64,000 bases of DNA from Eukaryota sp. TZLM1-RC (Eukaryota; Protista; Metamonada: BaSk clade): positions 1,364,001 through 1,428,000 of the forward strand of contig JAUPSS010000006.1 in the NCBI GenBank assembly GCA_040285825.1, given 5' to 3'. Each line of letters starts with the position of its first letter. The stretch's first letter is position 1. The translations under genes and the position numbers were made by a program. Below the pieces are notes generated by a model. That model saw only the letters and a list, made by a program, of their open reading frames with translations, ran no database searches and was not told where the DNA came from. Shown in pieces: positions 22,854-38,627 of the stretch.

Positions 22854-23958
22854 ATGAGTCTATTTAAAAAGCTTAGTTTTTGTTTATATTTGAAAAAAAC
22901 CCTGCTGTTTCACAACTTCCACAATGTTTCAGAACATATGCATGAACCATTGCGAATGAGTTTTTCATCGGTTACCTTATCTTATATTTGTTGTTATATG
23001 TTATAGACTATTTTTATTTTTTTGCATAAATATGTTTGAACATTCCTATTGATCAATTATCACTAAAAAGTGTATTCAAATTCACCACAGCTCACTTTGC
23101 ATCATGCTCTGAATTGTTCGGAATTGATAACTGATTGTTCTTCATAACATGATGCTGTTAGAGGCACTGTGTTCAATATGGCATGAAGCTGAATCTGGTG
23201 TATTAAAGAGCCTCTGGTGAAAGATGAACTGTCATTGAATATTTTTTTAGTTGATGACAGGGGTGATATATAATGCGATAGGGTTGCGGACTCTAAAGCT
23301 GCTGTTGACGTTGTCTTCTGTAATGTGCCAAATGAGAATTAGTTTTTTTGTCAATTTGAATTTTTATTAAGTGTTGTAGTTCAATAAAACAATTCAATTA
23401 TGTAAGGAGGTTGAAACAATTTTTTTCTTCTTATTGTTACAAATATTTGTTGCGAAACTCTTTTGAGGAAATTCAGCAATTGACACATGGTTATAAAACA
23501 CGAGATCACAATCCAAGGAATAAATTGGATTTGTTGAGTTGGCATTCATCTTAATGAATGTTTAGTGGAATTACTTCTTATTAATTAATACTAAGTAATA
23601 TTTTTTTGTAGTTTCCATTTTACAGGATTATAAAGATTGACTGGAGTTTTGCTCAGTTGGGTTTTTCTGTAGTTATAAAAACATAATTCATTTTTTTGAG
23701 TCAAAATCAAAAAAATATTTCTTGTATTTCAGTACCCAGACTTAATAGCACTCAATTTATTGAACCAACATTCCCTGTGTTTTTTTGAAATGAACTGAGG
23801 AGAGAATGAAACACAAATTTCAAATTATGAGCCATTTTGATAGAGCATCAGCACTTGAATGAGTAAAATCGTATATGTGTAATTACGGGTAATGTTGCTT
23901 TCTAAATAATTATTTTAAATGAATTAACGTTTAAAGATTACGGTTAACTTTATAGAAC

Positions 23959-24613
23959 ATCTTCAATTTTAGATTTTTAAGAATGCTTTCAATTCTGTAT
24001 CTCGTTCTTCCATTTTTACCTTTGCTGCAAAAAGCATTTTTCCTGAAGTTGAGCCTTTTTTTCTATTCATTTTATGGAAAAATCATCCACATTGGTCTAT
24101 GAAAAACTTTGACCTGTTTTTCGTCTTCAGGTGTTAAACAAGGTGATCCACTTGGTCCTTTTTTTCTTTTTGTCTGGCAATTCATCCATTAATGTGCGAA
24201 TTGAAAGAAAAAAATTCCCAGAAATAGATATTGTAGCATATATGGATGACATTTCTGTAATTTTAACGCCGAAAAAAAGAAGATAAAAAAATATGAAGAA
24301 CCTTTGGCACAGTTAGGTAGAGTGGAACATGTGAAATATCAGTTTGTGCCGTTTGCAATTTCTCTTTTTTTGGCAATATTGGACCTTCAGGGTTGCACTT
24401 TTTTTGAAAAATTTCAAAAAAAGTGTTACTGAATAGGTCTGGTAAAAACAATGAACTCCACTTTCTGGATAAATAGAATTGTTTTCTGCATTTTCAAGTC
24501 TATTCCAACATTGATTTCAAAGGCGCTTTTTAGCTATTGGTGTAGAATATGAACGTAATGCTGTGAGTAGGTTCAGTAATAGTGACGCTTGTTTGGAGGA
24601 TATTGAATTCTAG
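23959..24613 (+). mobile_element. Copy of the RT3-5/RLE-tail deleted retrotransposon
   Basis: Near-identical to 10000-10635. Confidence 0.88.
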
Positions 24614-25414
24614 ATGGTTTTTTTATCTCAATAATTATTCCAGTTTTTAAAAAAATAAATTAAAGTATTATAAAAATTTTTTATAGAACTATTTACAATA
24701 ATTAATCACAAATTGATATCAATACATTCCCTCTACCACGATACTGAAAGTTTTGTTTTTTTGAACTGGGTCCATCCAAACAGTGATCAGTTGGTGATAC
24801 AATTTTTGTTATGGTTTTTTGTGCTGTTGCCAGCATAAATTTTTGCTTATTAAAAAGACGGCTTAACCTCAAGGAAATTGTGTAAATTTTTTTATTAATT
24901 GAGAAACAGAATTATGTATATGGGTTGATGAAAAAAATTCTTCCAGTATTTCCTCAAATGAGATATTTTTGTTCAATAAGTACTGTGCAAATACTGTAAT
25001 AAATATGAATATAATATACTATATATAATAATTATATTGTGCAACCTTGCCAATCCAAATGTCTTTAATATAAAGTCTTGGATCATTTGTTTTAAAGCTT
25101 ATTTATTGAACTCAATCAATCAACCTGTGTCGTCTAGTATGGGAAATATATGGTTTTGAATGCTCAATACAAAACGACTGATCAGAAAAATCGAATGTAC
25201 GACCACTTTCTTTGAGAAGATTTCCTAAATCATTTGAAAAAAATTGAGATCTAAAAAAATGGCCGTGTTCTTCCTGATGCCCAAGAAGCAAAAAAATCTT
25301 GTTCAGTTCTTCAACTGCTTATTCTTCCTCCTGTAAGGTTTTAACTGCACTATTTTTCGGTCTTTCGTTTCCTTTTTCAATGGTCACATCATTCTGAAGC
25401 AGATGAATCGAATT

Positions 25415-26945
25415 TCATTGAGTACTGTTATCTCTTTGACCATTTTTTTGGAAATCATTCAAAAAAAGTTTCTGCTTCATCTGATAATCTTCCATTTATC
25501 GAAAATAGGAAAAGCAATAAAAAAACCAGCTGTGTATTTCTATCAACATTAGCCTCCTCAGTATCTGTATCATATTTTCTATGTCTTTCTTTTTGCTTTT
25601 AAAATCAAGAACACTTACAGGACCAAGTTTTTCCTCTGTGAACAACAGTATCATTTGCATCATTACATGAGACAAAGTCAAAAGTAGCTTCAGAATTATC
25701 AATCCAATCACAGTATACAGCAACTTTATCACCACAACCAAAATAATTCTGAGAACGTGTTTGCTTTTAGCAGAGGCTCTTTGTTACACGATATGCTTAC
25801 AGTTTGTGCTATATTGAAAAGAGTGTCTCTAGCAGGATCATGTAATGAAGAACGATAAGTTATCAATTTAGAACAATTCAGAGCATGGCGCAAAGTGAGT
25901 TGAGGTGAATTCGAACAAATACATTTTTTTCTTTTGATAATAGTTGATTAATGGGGATATTCAAATATAATCTCATTTTTTTATTACAAATGCATCATTA
26001 GTAACACACAGTCCAAATCTTCGTGGTACAATTTTTTTACAAAAAGTGAAGAATCTGATGACTGGCATTCACAAACACCCTTTTTCCAATAACAATGAGT
26101 GAAGATTGTGATTTAAAAACAGCCGAGCTGCATATATATATTATAAAGATCAGTTTCATACATTCCAGTCAATCGTTTCTAAAATGTTCGAAGAGTGTAT
26201 TTTTAAATTTAATAGATTCTTTTTCTGGAATATTGCAATACAATGATGGAAAGCATCGACTCCATTTTTTTCTACATCAATTTTTTTGAAATTTCTTTAT
26301 TTAATACGAAAACAGTAGAACTTTTGCGTTATAAAAAAATTTTTCCCGATCTGCAAATATTTCGGAAAACTCAAAGATTGCGTTTTTTTGCATCCCCCAA
26401 TAAAAAAACACGAAGTCAGAATAGAAGCCCTCATCCAACTTAAAACCGCCATAATGTGGACTAAGGTAAGCATGGTCTGGAATTTAGAACATTTTACATC
26501 CCAAAAATTGTGACAAAACATTTGCACCTAACTCATCAAACTTCTGAGCCAAAGGCCTAGTGGAAAGAGGATTTTTTTAGATCGAAATATATGATTGAAG
26601 TTGGAATTAAAAACACAGTCTTATAATGGTAAATTTGATATGTCTCTGTACATCTATAGTCATCATTCGGTCAATTGTATCGGAAATTGAGTTCAACTTT
26701 TTTTAAACATTGTTTTTGGTAATGTCATCATTATTTCCTAAAAAAACGAACCCAAATGACGAATAGCATCAATTGAATATAATTCGGCTTGAGGTATAAT
26801 TATAATACAGTTTGAACAACATCATGATTTTTGAAGCAAATTTGTAGTCCAAATGTTGATATTCCTTTGTGCTATTTTACAAAAAAATCATAAGGTATTT
26901 CAATCTGTTCATGTTACTGCAGTGTTTTTCAAAATTGTTTTTTTG
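25415..26945 (-). mobile_element. Copy of the CRE-like 3' half
   Basis: Near-identical to 11430-12930. Confidence 0.85.
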
Positions 26946-28003
26946 CAAATGGTTAATTTATCAACTTCCATTCAGGTATTAAATAGAATTAGTTTTTTTG
27001 TCAATTTTAAACTTAAGTTTAAATTTAAGTGTTATAGTTTAATAATGTAATTCAATTATGTCTGGAGGTTGAAACAATTTTTTTCTTATTGCTACATATA
27101 ATTGTTGGGAAACTCTTTTTGCGGAAATAATAAGCTGAGATGAGATGATGATGCAAGGGATTTGTATTTGATGTAGGGTTGGACGATGCGTATCCGTAAC
27201 TGTTACGTTACGTTAAATAACAGTAACTGGAACGTATTCTGAGCTCCAACCGCAACAACCACATTGCTACAATTCTGGGCACAGAATCTAACCTCGAAAA
27301 ACAGTATAAAACTGAATGTACGACCACTTTCTGTGAGAAGATTTCCTAAATCATCTAATCAATTGAGATCTTCAGTTCCAAGGGTACCAAAAAAATTGAA
27401 AAATGCAATTGGAACAAATTTTTATGTTTCTGTCCCTTTTTTTCCTTTTTTTGTCGCTTTTTTTGAAAGTCATTCAAAATTGCACTGGTTTAATTTCTCA
27501 GCAACCAAGGCTATTCGGTCTTCACCTAACAAATGAATCTTGAAAAACAAAACATGCGTTTGAGATTAGGGCTGTATCCAAGTGAACTTTTTGAATAATT
27601 TGCTTGTATTTGTAACAAAAAAACCGTCTGTCAATTTCCGTCGTATTGTGAGTTGTAAGAAATTTCTTCAATATCGGCCAGTTCTTCATAATGCTGTTCG
27701 TGATCCTAAGAATTATTCACAGTTTGGGTTTGTACATTAAGAGTAGAACCTTTGCAGCCACCAAGTAAAAATAAGCTTCGGATGAATTAACTTCTCAACT
27801 GTTGAGAAACTTTTGTGTGGAATTCACCAAGGTAAAAGACTCTAGAAAGTGCAATGATTTCAGAATTGTTGCTCGTATGATATCAAAAAAAGGAGCTCAT
27901 GTTTGAGACTTTTTCCGGAATTCAGTGTCTAACGTAAAGAAAGAAGAATGAATACGTATAACAAAGGATATGGAGTTGTGTGATGAGATGATGATGCTTG
28001 GAA

Positions 28004-31000
28004 ATGCAGCTTTTTGTACTTACTTCTGAGATGCATCGATCAAATATACTTCACACCCTGCGCTCGTGGTTTTCTTCAGTACCTGTGGAGCAAGACCACC
28101 TAGATCTCAAAAGATCCAACCCCTTTCAATCGTATCCAAGCACTACATTTGAATCTACCCACAAGTCTTTCCTTCACACAATCTGTGGTCTTCATAATAC
28201 TTTGAATCCTTTTTGTCACAGAGAACAACATGAAAGCTGTTTACATTATCTTGCTCAGTGAAGAATCTGTTGAGATAGAGCCTTTCAAAAACCAAATTAG
28301 CTGACCTCCCTAGTCTCCCTGATATGAAGCCTTACCCTTATAAAAATTAATCTCATTAGTGCCATGTCCTACTATTTGAATTTCGTACCAGATTTTTCGT
28401 GTTCATTATCTCTTTGATATAGCCTCGAAAAAGATCTATTTGGATGATAGAGTTCTTCGTTAGTGACAAGTGCTTAATGATCAAGAATACAATTCCTATG
28501 CTCTACAAAAACCTTATACAAACTTACTTCAGTCGCATTGAAAATAGGTCTGTTCTTTTTCGAGACCTTGATGAAAGTCAAAAAAAGCCCAGTTTCTGAC
28601 AAATTTTCCTTCAGTTTTGCCCAAATCAGTTTCGGAGACCCGTGGGTGTGCTGTTTTTGTTCAATTCGGAGGAATTCACATCAATATTGCAACAATATTC
28701 TCATTTTTGTTTACAATTTGTTTGCATATCCATTTGTAACGTATTTTGATACGGCATCTGAGTCGTTATTTAGTACTTATGAAGCACAACTTGTTGAGTT
28801 ATCAAATATTAAAGCTGCACTACATGTTTCAGCCAGGGAAGATATCAATTGTGCTCCTAGTCAAGTTTCTCCTATTAATGGTAAACCTTGTTATGTTTAT
28901 AAGATGGATCCAAACTTTAATATGCGTAATTTAATCAAAATTTCATTTTGTCAATTATCAAACCTAATTTTCAATTTGTTAAATACTTACGATCCCATTG
29001 TCGATTACCGCTTCCCTTTTTAAACATGCGGCTCTCAATGGGCCTAATCAACATCTCTCCGTCATTAATTTTTCAACCTTTCGCCAGCGACGAAGATGCA
29101 CTTCAAGCTCTAGAAAAATTTTTTTCAAGGAGGTAGGGTACATCCAAGCCTTTTTTTCTTATGAATGTGATCATTCAGTTCCAGTACATTCTGGAATGAA
29201 AGACATTTGCCAAGAATTTAGCGACTTATCACCAAAAGGAAAAATATGTTACTTGCGTCCAACGGAAATCACCGTGTATTGGACTAACAACTGCTATTTA
29301 TTTTGCATTATCGAAATTAAACAATGTGGTTTGTTATCAATTGGAGAAATTTGTGTCTGATACCCCGGACAAAGTATATGAAAGTCTTATCTATATTAAC
29401 AGTGTAGTTTTTATTTTTGTAAGGATTTGCCGTTGAACAATGTACACAAACTCATGAATACACTTAGCCAGAGACACTTTGAGTTTTTTTCATTTGGTGT
29501 ACATTGGAAACAAGTTACCGGCCTTGAAAGAAAGGATGTTTCGATACAAAAAAATACACGTATGAAATGAATCTTTATAGAGACAATTTTATTTCTACTT
29601 TGAACAAACGTTGTGATCAATTAAACAAAAAAAACTAGGACGACATGTTGAAAAAGATTTCTTATATATAGGAATTGCATTATTTAAGAAGAATTTTTTT
29701 CCTTAGCTGAGACTACAGTTAAGAGTTTGCTCGATTCAATGTGGAAGAAACTGAACGATCGAGATAAAGGACTATTTCTATTTTATTGTCTTGTTTCGGT
29801 GACTGGGAAATCAGAACAATTTCCCCTTGATTTATTCACTTCTGAAAGATTTCATTCTAATTTTTGAAAAAGTTGCCTTGTTTTAACAGAATTATTCTCC
29901 CTGCTGTTGGAGCTGGTACAGGTCTATTTTTGTATAAATAGAACTGTTGCTGAAATAATTTGTTCTTCTTCAACCAACTCTGGCGAATCAACTATTATGA
30001 ATGCTTTTTCGTCTTCTTTGGGATTCTGGAAGCGAAGCATGGTTTCATTCTGTTTTTTTATAAAGGTTATTCGAAAGTTATTTCTTAATCGAAGAGGTAA
30101 AATTAAAATTCAACCAAAAGATGCTTTTTGATCTCTATTTTTTTAATCCGATGTACTAGCGAAAATCTTCCTTCAGAATTATTATATAGTCAGCTTCAAT
30201 GTTCGTTTTTGAAAATTTGTGCAAAAGAGGGATTCGAAGTTGAAAAAAACTTATAGATGAAGCCATTTGTATTTTTTTAACAACAGTGGCAAAATTGTTG
30301 AAAAAAATTTGGAGATTACGATGTGCCTGAAGGTTTTTGTTAAAGAACGTCAAATTTCTCAGTTCTTCACTATTCTAGGGGATACATTCCGTTATTTTTG
30401 CTCAAAAATTTGCATTCCAGGAGAGCACACTGTTTGGATCTCTCGTTGATTTCCTATCAACAGGCATTGGCTGAGGATTCCGGGTCTACTTTTTGCAGCG
30501 CATGGATTTTTTTATTGACATATTGTTGTTGTTATTTTTTTCGGGTAGAAATGATTTGGCTAACCGTTTTTTTCCACCAGCGAGTATCTCACACATGAGT
30601 TATTTATTTCTTTAGTTGAAAAAAATCCCCAGATTCCGTCCTTCAATTTGATTCATGGTTTTACGAGTATGGGAGAATTTTTTTGCTGTCTCACAGTTTT
30701 TGAAGCATTGTCTGATGATGAGCAACTAGCAGTTGGTAGAATATGGTCATTTTTCTTCATAAGTAAGATGTTATCTTTTGACGATCGAAATTTGGTTTGG
30801 GATAATGATACTGTTGCTGAGTATATCAAAATTCCTCAATCGCGACTATTGTTGCAACATGATGAAGATGATGATAATTCAGATTGTTTTACATTGTTGC
30901 TGATTTTTCATCACATTTGCACCCTCTATTCCCTTATGATTACCCCATATGATTTCCGACAACTGGGAGTTGAACCCACAAACATTGGGATTTCTACTGT

Positions 31001-31028
31001 TATTTTTGTTGGAGGTGGTGGTATTTGA
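28004..31028 (+). CDS. SAMD9-like copy 8: intact AlbA_2-like start, truncated at 30896
   Basis: Same structure and diagnostic SNPs as copy 5. Confidence 0.55.
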
Positions 31029-31940
31029 ACCTAGAACATGGTTTTTGAGTGGAAATCTTTATTCTTATTTATTATTTATTTATTATTAAACTAACTAAAA
31101 TTTCTCATGAAGGATGATTTTTCGCTGGTTTTGGGTTTTTAGTTAATTATCATGTTTTTTTACATGTAAATGATATAATTTACCATTAACCTTAAGTTGG
31201 TTGATTGAACACAATTTAAACTTGAAATTTACCAATGCCAAAAACTTAAGGTTCAGATGATCTAGATGATGAAGTTAGTGATGAAACATTAAGACCCTTG
31301 TTACAACTAATGTTGGCTTTGATGATGTAGTTGTTGTTTGTTATTCAAATGCTATTGTAGGGTTCCATTCATCATTATTATTATTTTTCAATTTGAGAGT
31401 CTCCACCAAATATTGAGAGTAATTCTCTTTATTTTGAGTTTCTATTGATAAACACATAAACGACTAATTAATCATCAATCATTCTGTTTTTTTAACTGTT
31501 GTAAGATGATTATGGTCAAGAAAGACCTGATTACGTGTTTCTGTATAGTCTACATGTTTTTGGATTTTTTTGGATGTTTGTTGACAACAACCTTTTTATG
31601 TGATTTAACTAGTCTTAATATAGTCTTATTAATATATTTATATATGATTTTTTTATAACTAATCATTTAAATAATTACTTTTTTTCGAAATGAAAAATGT
31701 AGCACTGTTATTATGGTGCAAGACAAGTCTGGTTTTTGTTTCCAAACATTGTGATAAGGACAACTACCATGTGAATACAGCAACTTCACAATTATTAGAA
31801 GATTTTTTTGTGAAACGTCTGAGTGAATATTTGAGTTTTTATCAATTCTATGATTAGTTTTATGATTAACATACCTAATACTTCAGTACTGACAATTTGT
31901 TACAAAGGGTCAATGGACTGAGAAGAATTATTTTCCGATT

Positions 31941-33763
31941 GTGAAGGCTGTTTACATTATCTTGCACAGTGAAGAAACTGTTGAGATAGAGCCTTTGAAA
32001 ACCAAGTTAGCTGACCTCCTAGTCTCCTTGATGTGAAGCCTTACCCTTATAAAATTAATCTCATTAGTGCCATGTCCTACTATTTGAATTTCGTACCAGA
32101 TTTTTCGTGTTCATTATCTCTTTGATATAGCCTCGAAAAGATCTATTTGGATGATAGAGTTCTTCGTTAGTGACAAGCGCTTAATGATCAAGAATACAAT
32201 TCCTATGCTCTACAAAAACCTTATACAAACTTACTTCAGTCGCATTGAAAATAGGCCCGTTCATTTTCGAGACCTTGATAAAAGTCAAAAAGCCCATTTT
32301 TCTGAAAAATTTTTCCTTCAGTTTTGCCCAAATCAGTTTCGGAGACCCGTGGGTGTGCTGTTTTTGTTCAATTCGGAGGAATTCACATCAATATTACAAC
32401 AGTATTCTCATTTTTGTTTTACAATTTGTTTGCATATCCGTTTTGTAACGTATTTTTGATACGGCATCTGAGTCGTTATTTAGTACTTATGAAGCACAAC
32501 TTGTTCAGTTATCAAATATTAAAGCTGCACTACATGTTTCAGCCAGGGAAGATATCAATTGTGCTCCTAGTCAAGTTTCTCCTATTAATGGTAAACCTTG
32601 TTATGTTTATAAGATGGATGCAAACTTTAATATGCGCAATTTAATCAAAATTTCATTTTGTCAATTATCAAACCTAATTTTTCAATTTGTTAAATACTTA
32701 CGATCCCATTGTCGATTACCGCTTCCCTTTTTAAACATGCGGCTCTCAATGGGCCTAATCAACATCTCTCCGTCATTAATTTTTCAACCTTTCGCCAGCG
32801 ACGAAGATGCACTTCAAGCTCTGAAAATTTTTTCAGGAGGTAGGGTACATCCAAGCCGTTTTTTTCTTATGAATGTGATCATTCAGTTCCAGTACATTCT
32901 GGAATGAAAAACATTTGCCAAAAATTTAGCGACTTATCACCAAAAGGAAAATATGTTACTTGCGTCCAACGGAAATCACCGTGTATTGGACTAACAACTG
33001 CTATTTATTTTTGCATTATCGAAATTAAACAATGTGGTTTGTTATCAATTGGAGAAATTTGTGTCTGATACCCCGGACAAAGTATATGAAAGTCTTATCT
33101 ATATTAAACAGTGTAGTTTTATTTTTGTAAGGATTTGCCGTTGAACAATGTACACAAACTCATGAATACACTTAGCCAGAGACACTTTCAGTTTTTTTCA
33201 TTTGGTGTACATTGGAAACAAGTTACCGGCCTTGAAAGAAAGGATGTTTCGATACAAAAAAATACACGTATGAAATGAATCTTTATAGAGACAATTTTAT
33301 TTCTACTTTGAACAAACGTTGTGATCAATTAAACAAAAAAACTAGGACGACATGTTGAAAAAAAGATTTCTTATATATAGGAATTGCATTATTTAAGAAG
33401 AATTTTTTTCCTTAGCTGAGACTACAGTTAAGAGTTTGCTCGATTCAATGTGGAAGAAACTGAACGATCGAGATAAAGGACTATTTCTATTTTTATTGTC
33501 TTGTTTTTCGGTGACTGGGAAATCAGAACAATTTCCCCTTGATTTATTCACTTCTGAAAGATTTCATTCTAATTTTGAAAAGTTGCCTTGTTTTAACAGA
33601 ATTATTCTCCCTACTGTTGGGCTGGTACAGGTCTATTTGTTAAATAGAACTAAAAAACGTCTGAGTGAATATTTGAGTTTTATCAATTCTATGATTAGTT
33701 TTATGATTAACATACCTAATAGCTTCAGTACTGACAATTTGTTACAAAGGGTCAATGGACTGA
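31941..33763 (+). pseudogene. SAMD9-like copy 9: doubly truncated unit
   Basis: GTG start and unit junction at 33651. Confidence 0.6.
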
Positions 33764-33781
33764 GAAAATTATTTTCCGATT

Positions 33782-36700
33782 GTGAAGGCTGTTTTACATT
33801 ATCTTGCACAGTGAAGAAACTGTTGAGATAGAGCCTTTGAAAACCAAGTTAGCTGACCTCCCTAGTCTCCTTGATGTGAAGCCTTACCCTTATAAAAATT
33901 AATCTCATTAGTGCCATGTCCTACTATTTAAATTTCGTACCAGATTTTTCGTGTTCATTATCTCTTTGATATAGCCTCGAAAAGATCTATTTGGATGATA
34001 GAGTTCTTCGTTAGTGACAAGCGCTTAATGATCAAGAATACAATTCCTATGCTCTACAAAAACCTTATACAAACTTACTTCAGTCGCATTGAAAATAGGC
34101 CCGTTCATTTTTCGAGACCTTGATAAAAGTCAAAAAGCCCATTTTCTGAAAAAAATTTTCCTTCAGTTTTGCCCCAAATCAGTCTCGGAGACCCGTGGGT
34201 GTGCTGTTTTTGTTCAATTCGGAGGAATTCACATCAATATTGCAACAGTATTCTCATTTTTGTTTTACAATTTGTTTGCATATCCGTTTTGTAACGTATT
34301 TTTTGATACGGCATCTGAGTCGTTATTTAGTACTTATGAAGCACAACTTGTTCAGTTATCAAATATTAAAGCTGCACTACATGTTTCAGCCAGGGAAGAT
34401 ATCAATTGTGCTCCTAGTCAAGTTTCTCCTATTAATGGTAAACCTTGTTATGTTTATAAGATGGATGCAAACTTTTAATATGCGTAATTTAATCAAAAAT
34501 TTCATTTTGTCAATTATCAAACCTAATTTTTCAATTTGTTAAATACTTACGATCCCATTGTCGATTACCGCTTCCCTTTTAAACATGCGGCTCTCAATGG
34601 GCCTAATCAACATCTCTCTGTCATTAATTTTTCAACCTTTCGTCAGCGACGAAGATGCACTTCAAGCTCTAGAAATTTTTCAAGGAGGTAGGGTACATCC
34701 AAGCCGTTTTTCTTATGAATGTGATCATTCAGTTCCAGTACATTCTGGAATGAAAAACATTTGCCAAGAATTTAGCGACTTATCACCAAAAGGAAAATAT
34801 GTTACTTGCGTCAACGGAAATCACCGTGTATTGGACTAACAACTGCTATTTATTTTTGCATTATCGAAATTAAACAATGTGGTTTGTTATCAATTGGAGA
34901 AATTTGTGTCTGATACCCCGGACAAAGTATATGAAAGTCTTATCTATATTAACAGTGTAGTTCTATTTTGTAAGGTTGCCGTTGAACAATGTACACAAAC
35001 TCATGAATACACTAGCCAGAGACACTTTGAGTTTTTCATTTGGTGTACATTGGAAACAAGTTACCGGCCTTGAAAGAAAGGATGTTTCGATACAAAAATA
35101 CACGTATGAAATGAATCTTTATAGAGACAATTTTTATTTCTACTTTGAACAAACGTTGTGATCAATTAAACAAAAACTAGGACGACATGTTGAAAAAGAT
35201 TTCTTATATATAGGAATTGCATTATTTAAGAAGAATTTTTTTCCTTAGCTGAGACTACAGTTAAGAGTTTTGCTCGATTCAATGTGGAAGAAACTGAACG
35301 ATCGAGATAAAGGACTATTTCTATTTTTATTGTCTTGTTTCGGTGACTGGGAAATCAGAACAATTTCCCCTTGATTTATTCACTTCTGAAAGATTTCATT
35401 CTAATTTTGAAAAGTTGCCTTGTTTTTAACAGAATTATTCTCCCTGCTGTTGGAGCTGGTACAGGTCTATTTTTGTATAAATAGAACTGTTGCTGAAATA
35501 ATTTGTTCTTCTTCAACAACTCTGGCGAATCAACTATTATGAATGCTTTTTCGTCTTCTTTGGGATTCTGGAAGCGAAGCATGGTTTCATTCTGTTTTTT
35601 ATAAAGGTTATTCGAAAGTTATTTCTTAATCGAAGAGGTAAAATTAAAATTCAACCAAAAGATGCTTTTGATCTCTATTTTTTTAATCCGATGTACTAGC
35701 GAAAATCTTCCTTCAGAATTATTATATAGTCAGCTTCAATGTTCGTTTTTGAAAATTTGTGCAAAAGAGGGATTCGAAGTTGAAAAAAACTTATAGATGA
35801 AGCCATTTGTATTTTTTTAACAACAGTGGCAAATTGTTGAAAAATTTGGAGATTACGATGTGCCTGAAGGTTTTGTTAAAGAACGTCAAATTTCTCAGTT
35901 CTTCACTATTCTAGGGGATACATTCCGTTATTTTTGCTCAAAATTTGCATTCCAGGAGAGCACACTGTTTGGATCTCGTTGATTTCCTATCAACAGGCAT
36001 TGGCTGAGGATTCCGGGTCTACTTTTTGCAGCGCATGGATTTTTATTGACATATTGTTGTTGTTATTTTTCGGGTAGAAATGATTTGGCTAACCGTTTTT
36101 TCCACCAGCGAGTATCTCACATGAGTTATTTATTTCTTTAGTTGAAAAAAATCCCCAGATTCCGTCCTTCAATTTGATTCATGGTTTTACGAGTATGGGA
36201 GAATTTTTGCTGTCTCACAGTTTTGAAGCATTGTCTGATGATGAGCAACTAGCAGTTGGTAGAATATGGTCTTTTTTTCTTCATAAGTAAGATGTTATCT
36301 TTTGACGATCGAAATTTGGTTTGGGATAATGATACTGTTGCTGAGTATATCAAAATTCCTCAATCGCGACTATTGTTGCAACATGATGAAGATGATGATA
36401 ATTCAGATTGTTTTACATTGGCAACTGTTGTGGAGAAAAGACCACCGAAATCTATCTTTAGAGCAGCTACTCTGTTTCTTTACGGTGAAACTGATTGTGA
36501 ATCTGTATTTAATAATTTGGAAGATGTTTTTCACTAGTAGTAGTAGTAAAAACTGTACACTAACTACAATGCTCAATTATATTTTTAAGCCTGATTTATT
36601 CCGATCCAAGAATTTCAACATTGTTCTTATTGATGACCAATTTATAAATCAACAATCCTGTTATCTTGAACTAAGAGATTCCAAATATAGGCTGTGTAAG

Positions 36701-36986
36701 GCACAGCAGGATTCTTACATGTTCATGCCAGCTGCGTTGACTAAAGACAGTGTAGGCAGCATGAATGTGAGAACTCTATCAAATGACCAATTGCCCGTCA
36801 CAGTATATTGTGATTCAAATGCTATTATTATTTTCTCCAAAAATAAACCCTACCTTAAAATTTCACCAAAAACCCTGTGATTGTTTATTAAGGTATATGA
36901 GTCTATTTAAAAAGCTTAGTTTTTGTTTATATTTGAAAAACCCTGCTGTTTCACAACTTCCACAATGTTTCAGAACATATGCATGA
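33782..36986 (+). CDS. SAMD9-like copy 10: 5'-truncated, complete C-terminus with stop-loss extension
   Basis: ORFs 36256-36537, 36302-36880 and 36783-36986 give the C-terminus. TAT replaces TAG at 36894. Confidence 0.55.
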
Positions 36987-37986
36987 ACCATTGCGAATGA
37001 GTTTTCATCGGTTACCTTATCTTATATTTGTTGTTATATGTTATAGACTATTTTATTTTTGCATAAATATGTTTGAACATTCCTATTGATCAATTATCAC
37101 TAAAAAGTGTATTCAAATTCACCACAGCTCACTTTGCATCATGCTCTGAATTGTTCGGAATTGATAACTGATTGTTCTTCATAACATGATGCTGTTAGAG
37201 GCACTGTGTTCAATATGGCATGAACTGCCTGAATCTGGTGTATTAAAGAGCCTCTGGTGAAAAGATGAACTGTCATTGAATATTTTTTTAGTTGATGACA
37301 GGGGTGATATATAATGCGATAGGGTTGCGGACTCTAAAGCTGCTGTTGACGTTGTCTTCTGTAATGTGCCAAATGAGAATTAGTTTTTTTGTCAATTTGA
37401 ATTTTTATTAAGTGTTGTAGTTCAATAAAACAATTCAATTATGTAGGAGGTTGAAACAATTTTTCTTCTTATTGTTACAAATATTTGTTGCGAAACTCTT
37501 TTGAGAAATTCAGCAATTGACACATGGTTATAAAACACGAGATCACAATCAAGGAATAAATTGGATTTGTTGAGTTGGCATTCATCTTAATGAATGTTTA
37601 GTGGAATACTTCTTATTAATTAATACTAAGTAATATTTTTTTGTAGTTTCCATTTTACAGGATTATAAAGATTGACTGGAGTTTGCTCAGTTGGGTTTTT
37701 CTGTAGTTATAAAAACATAATTCATTTTTGAGTCAAAATCAAAAAAATATTTCTTGTATTTCAGTACCCAGACTTAATAGCACTCAATTTATTGAACCAA
37801 CATTCCCTGTGTTTTTGAAATGAACTGAGGAGAGATGAAACACAAATTTCAAATTATGAGCCATTTTGATAGAGCATCAGCACTTGAATGAGTAAATCGT
37901 ATATGTGTAATTACGGGTAATGTTGCTTTCTAAATAATTATTTTAAATGAATTAACGTTTAAAGATTACGGTTAACTTTATAGAAC

Positions 37987-38627
37987 ATCTTCAATTTAGA
38001 TTTTAAGAATGCTTTCAATTCTGTATCTCGTTCTTCCATTTTACCTTTGCTGCAAAAAGCATTTTTCCTGAAGTTGAGCCTTTTTTTCTATTCATTTTAT
38101 GGAAAATCATCCACATTGGTCTATGAAAACTTTGACCTGTTTTTCGTCTTCAGGTGTTAAACAAGGTGATCCACTTGGTCCTTTTTCTTTTTGTCTGGCA
38201 ATTCATCCATTAATGTGCGAATTGAAAGAAAAATTCCCAGAAATAGATATTGTAGCATATATGGATGACATTTCTGTAATTTTAACGCACCAAAAAGAAG
38301 ATAAAAAAATATGAAGAACCTTTGGCACAGTTAGGTAGAGTGGAACATGTGAAATATCAGTTTGTGCCGTTTGCAATTTCTCTTTTTGGCAATATTGGAC
38401 CTTCAGGGTTGCACTTTTTTTGAAAATTTCAAAAAGTGTTACTGAAATAGGTCTGGTAAAAACAATGAACTCCACTTTCTGGATAAATAGAATTGTTTTT
38501 CTGCATTTTTCAAGTCTATTCAACATTGATTTCAAAGGCGCTTTTAGCTATTGGTGTAGAATATGAACGTAATGCTGTGAGTAGGTTCAGTAATAGTGAC
38601 GCTTGTTTGGAGGATATTGAATTCTAG
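37987..38627 (+). mobile_element. Copy of the RT3-5/RLE-tail deleted retrotransposon
   Basis: QGDPLGP and YMDD in ORF 38099-38314. Confidence 0.88.
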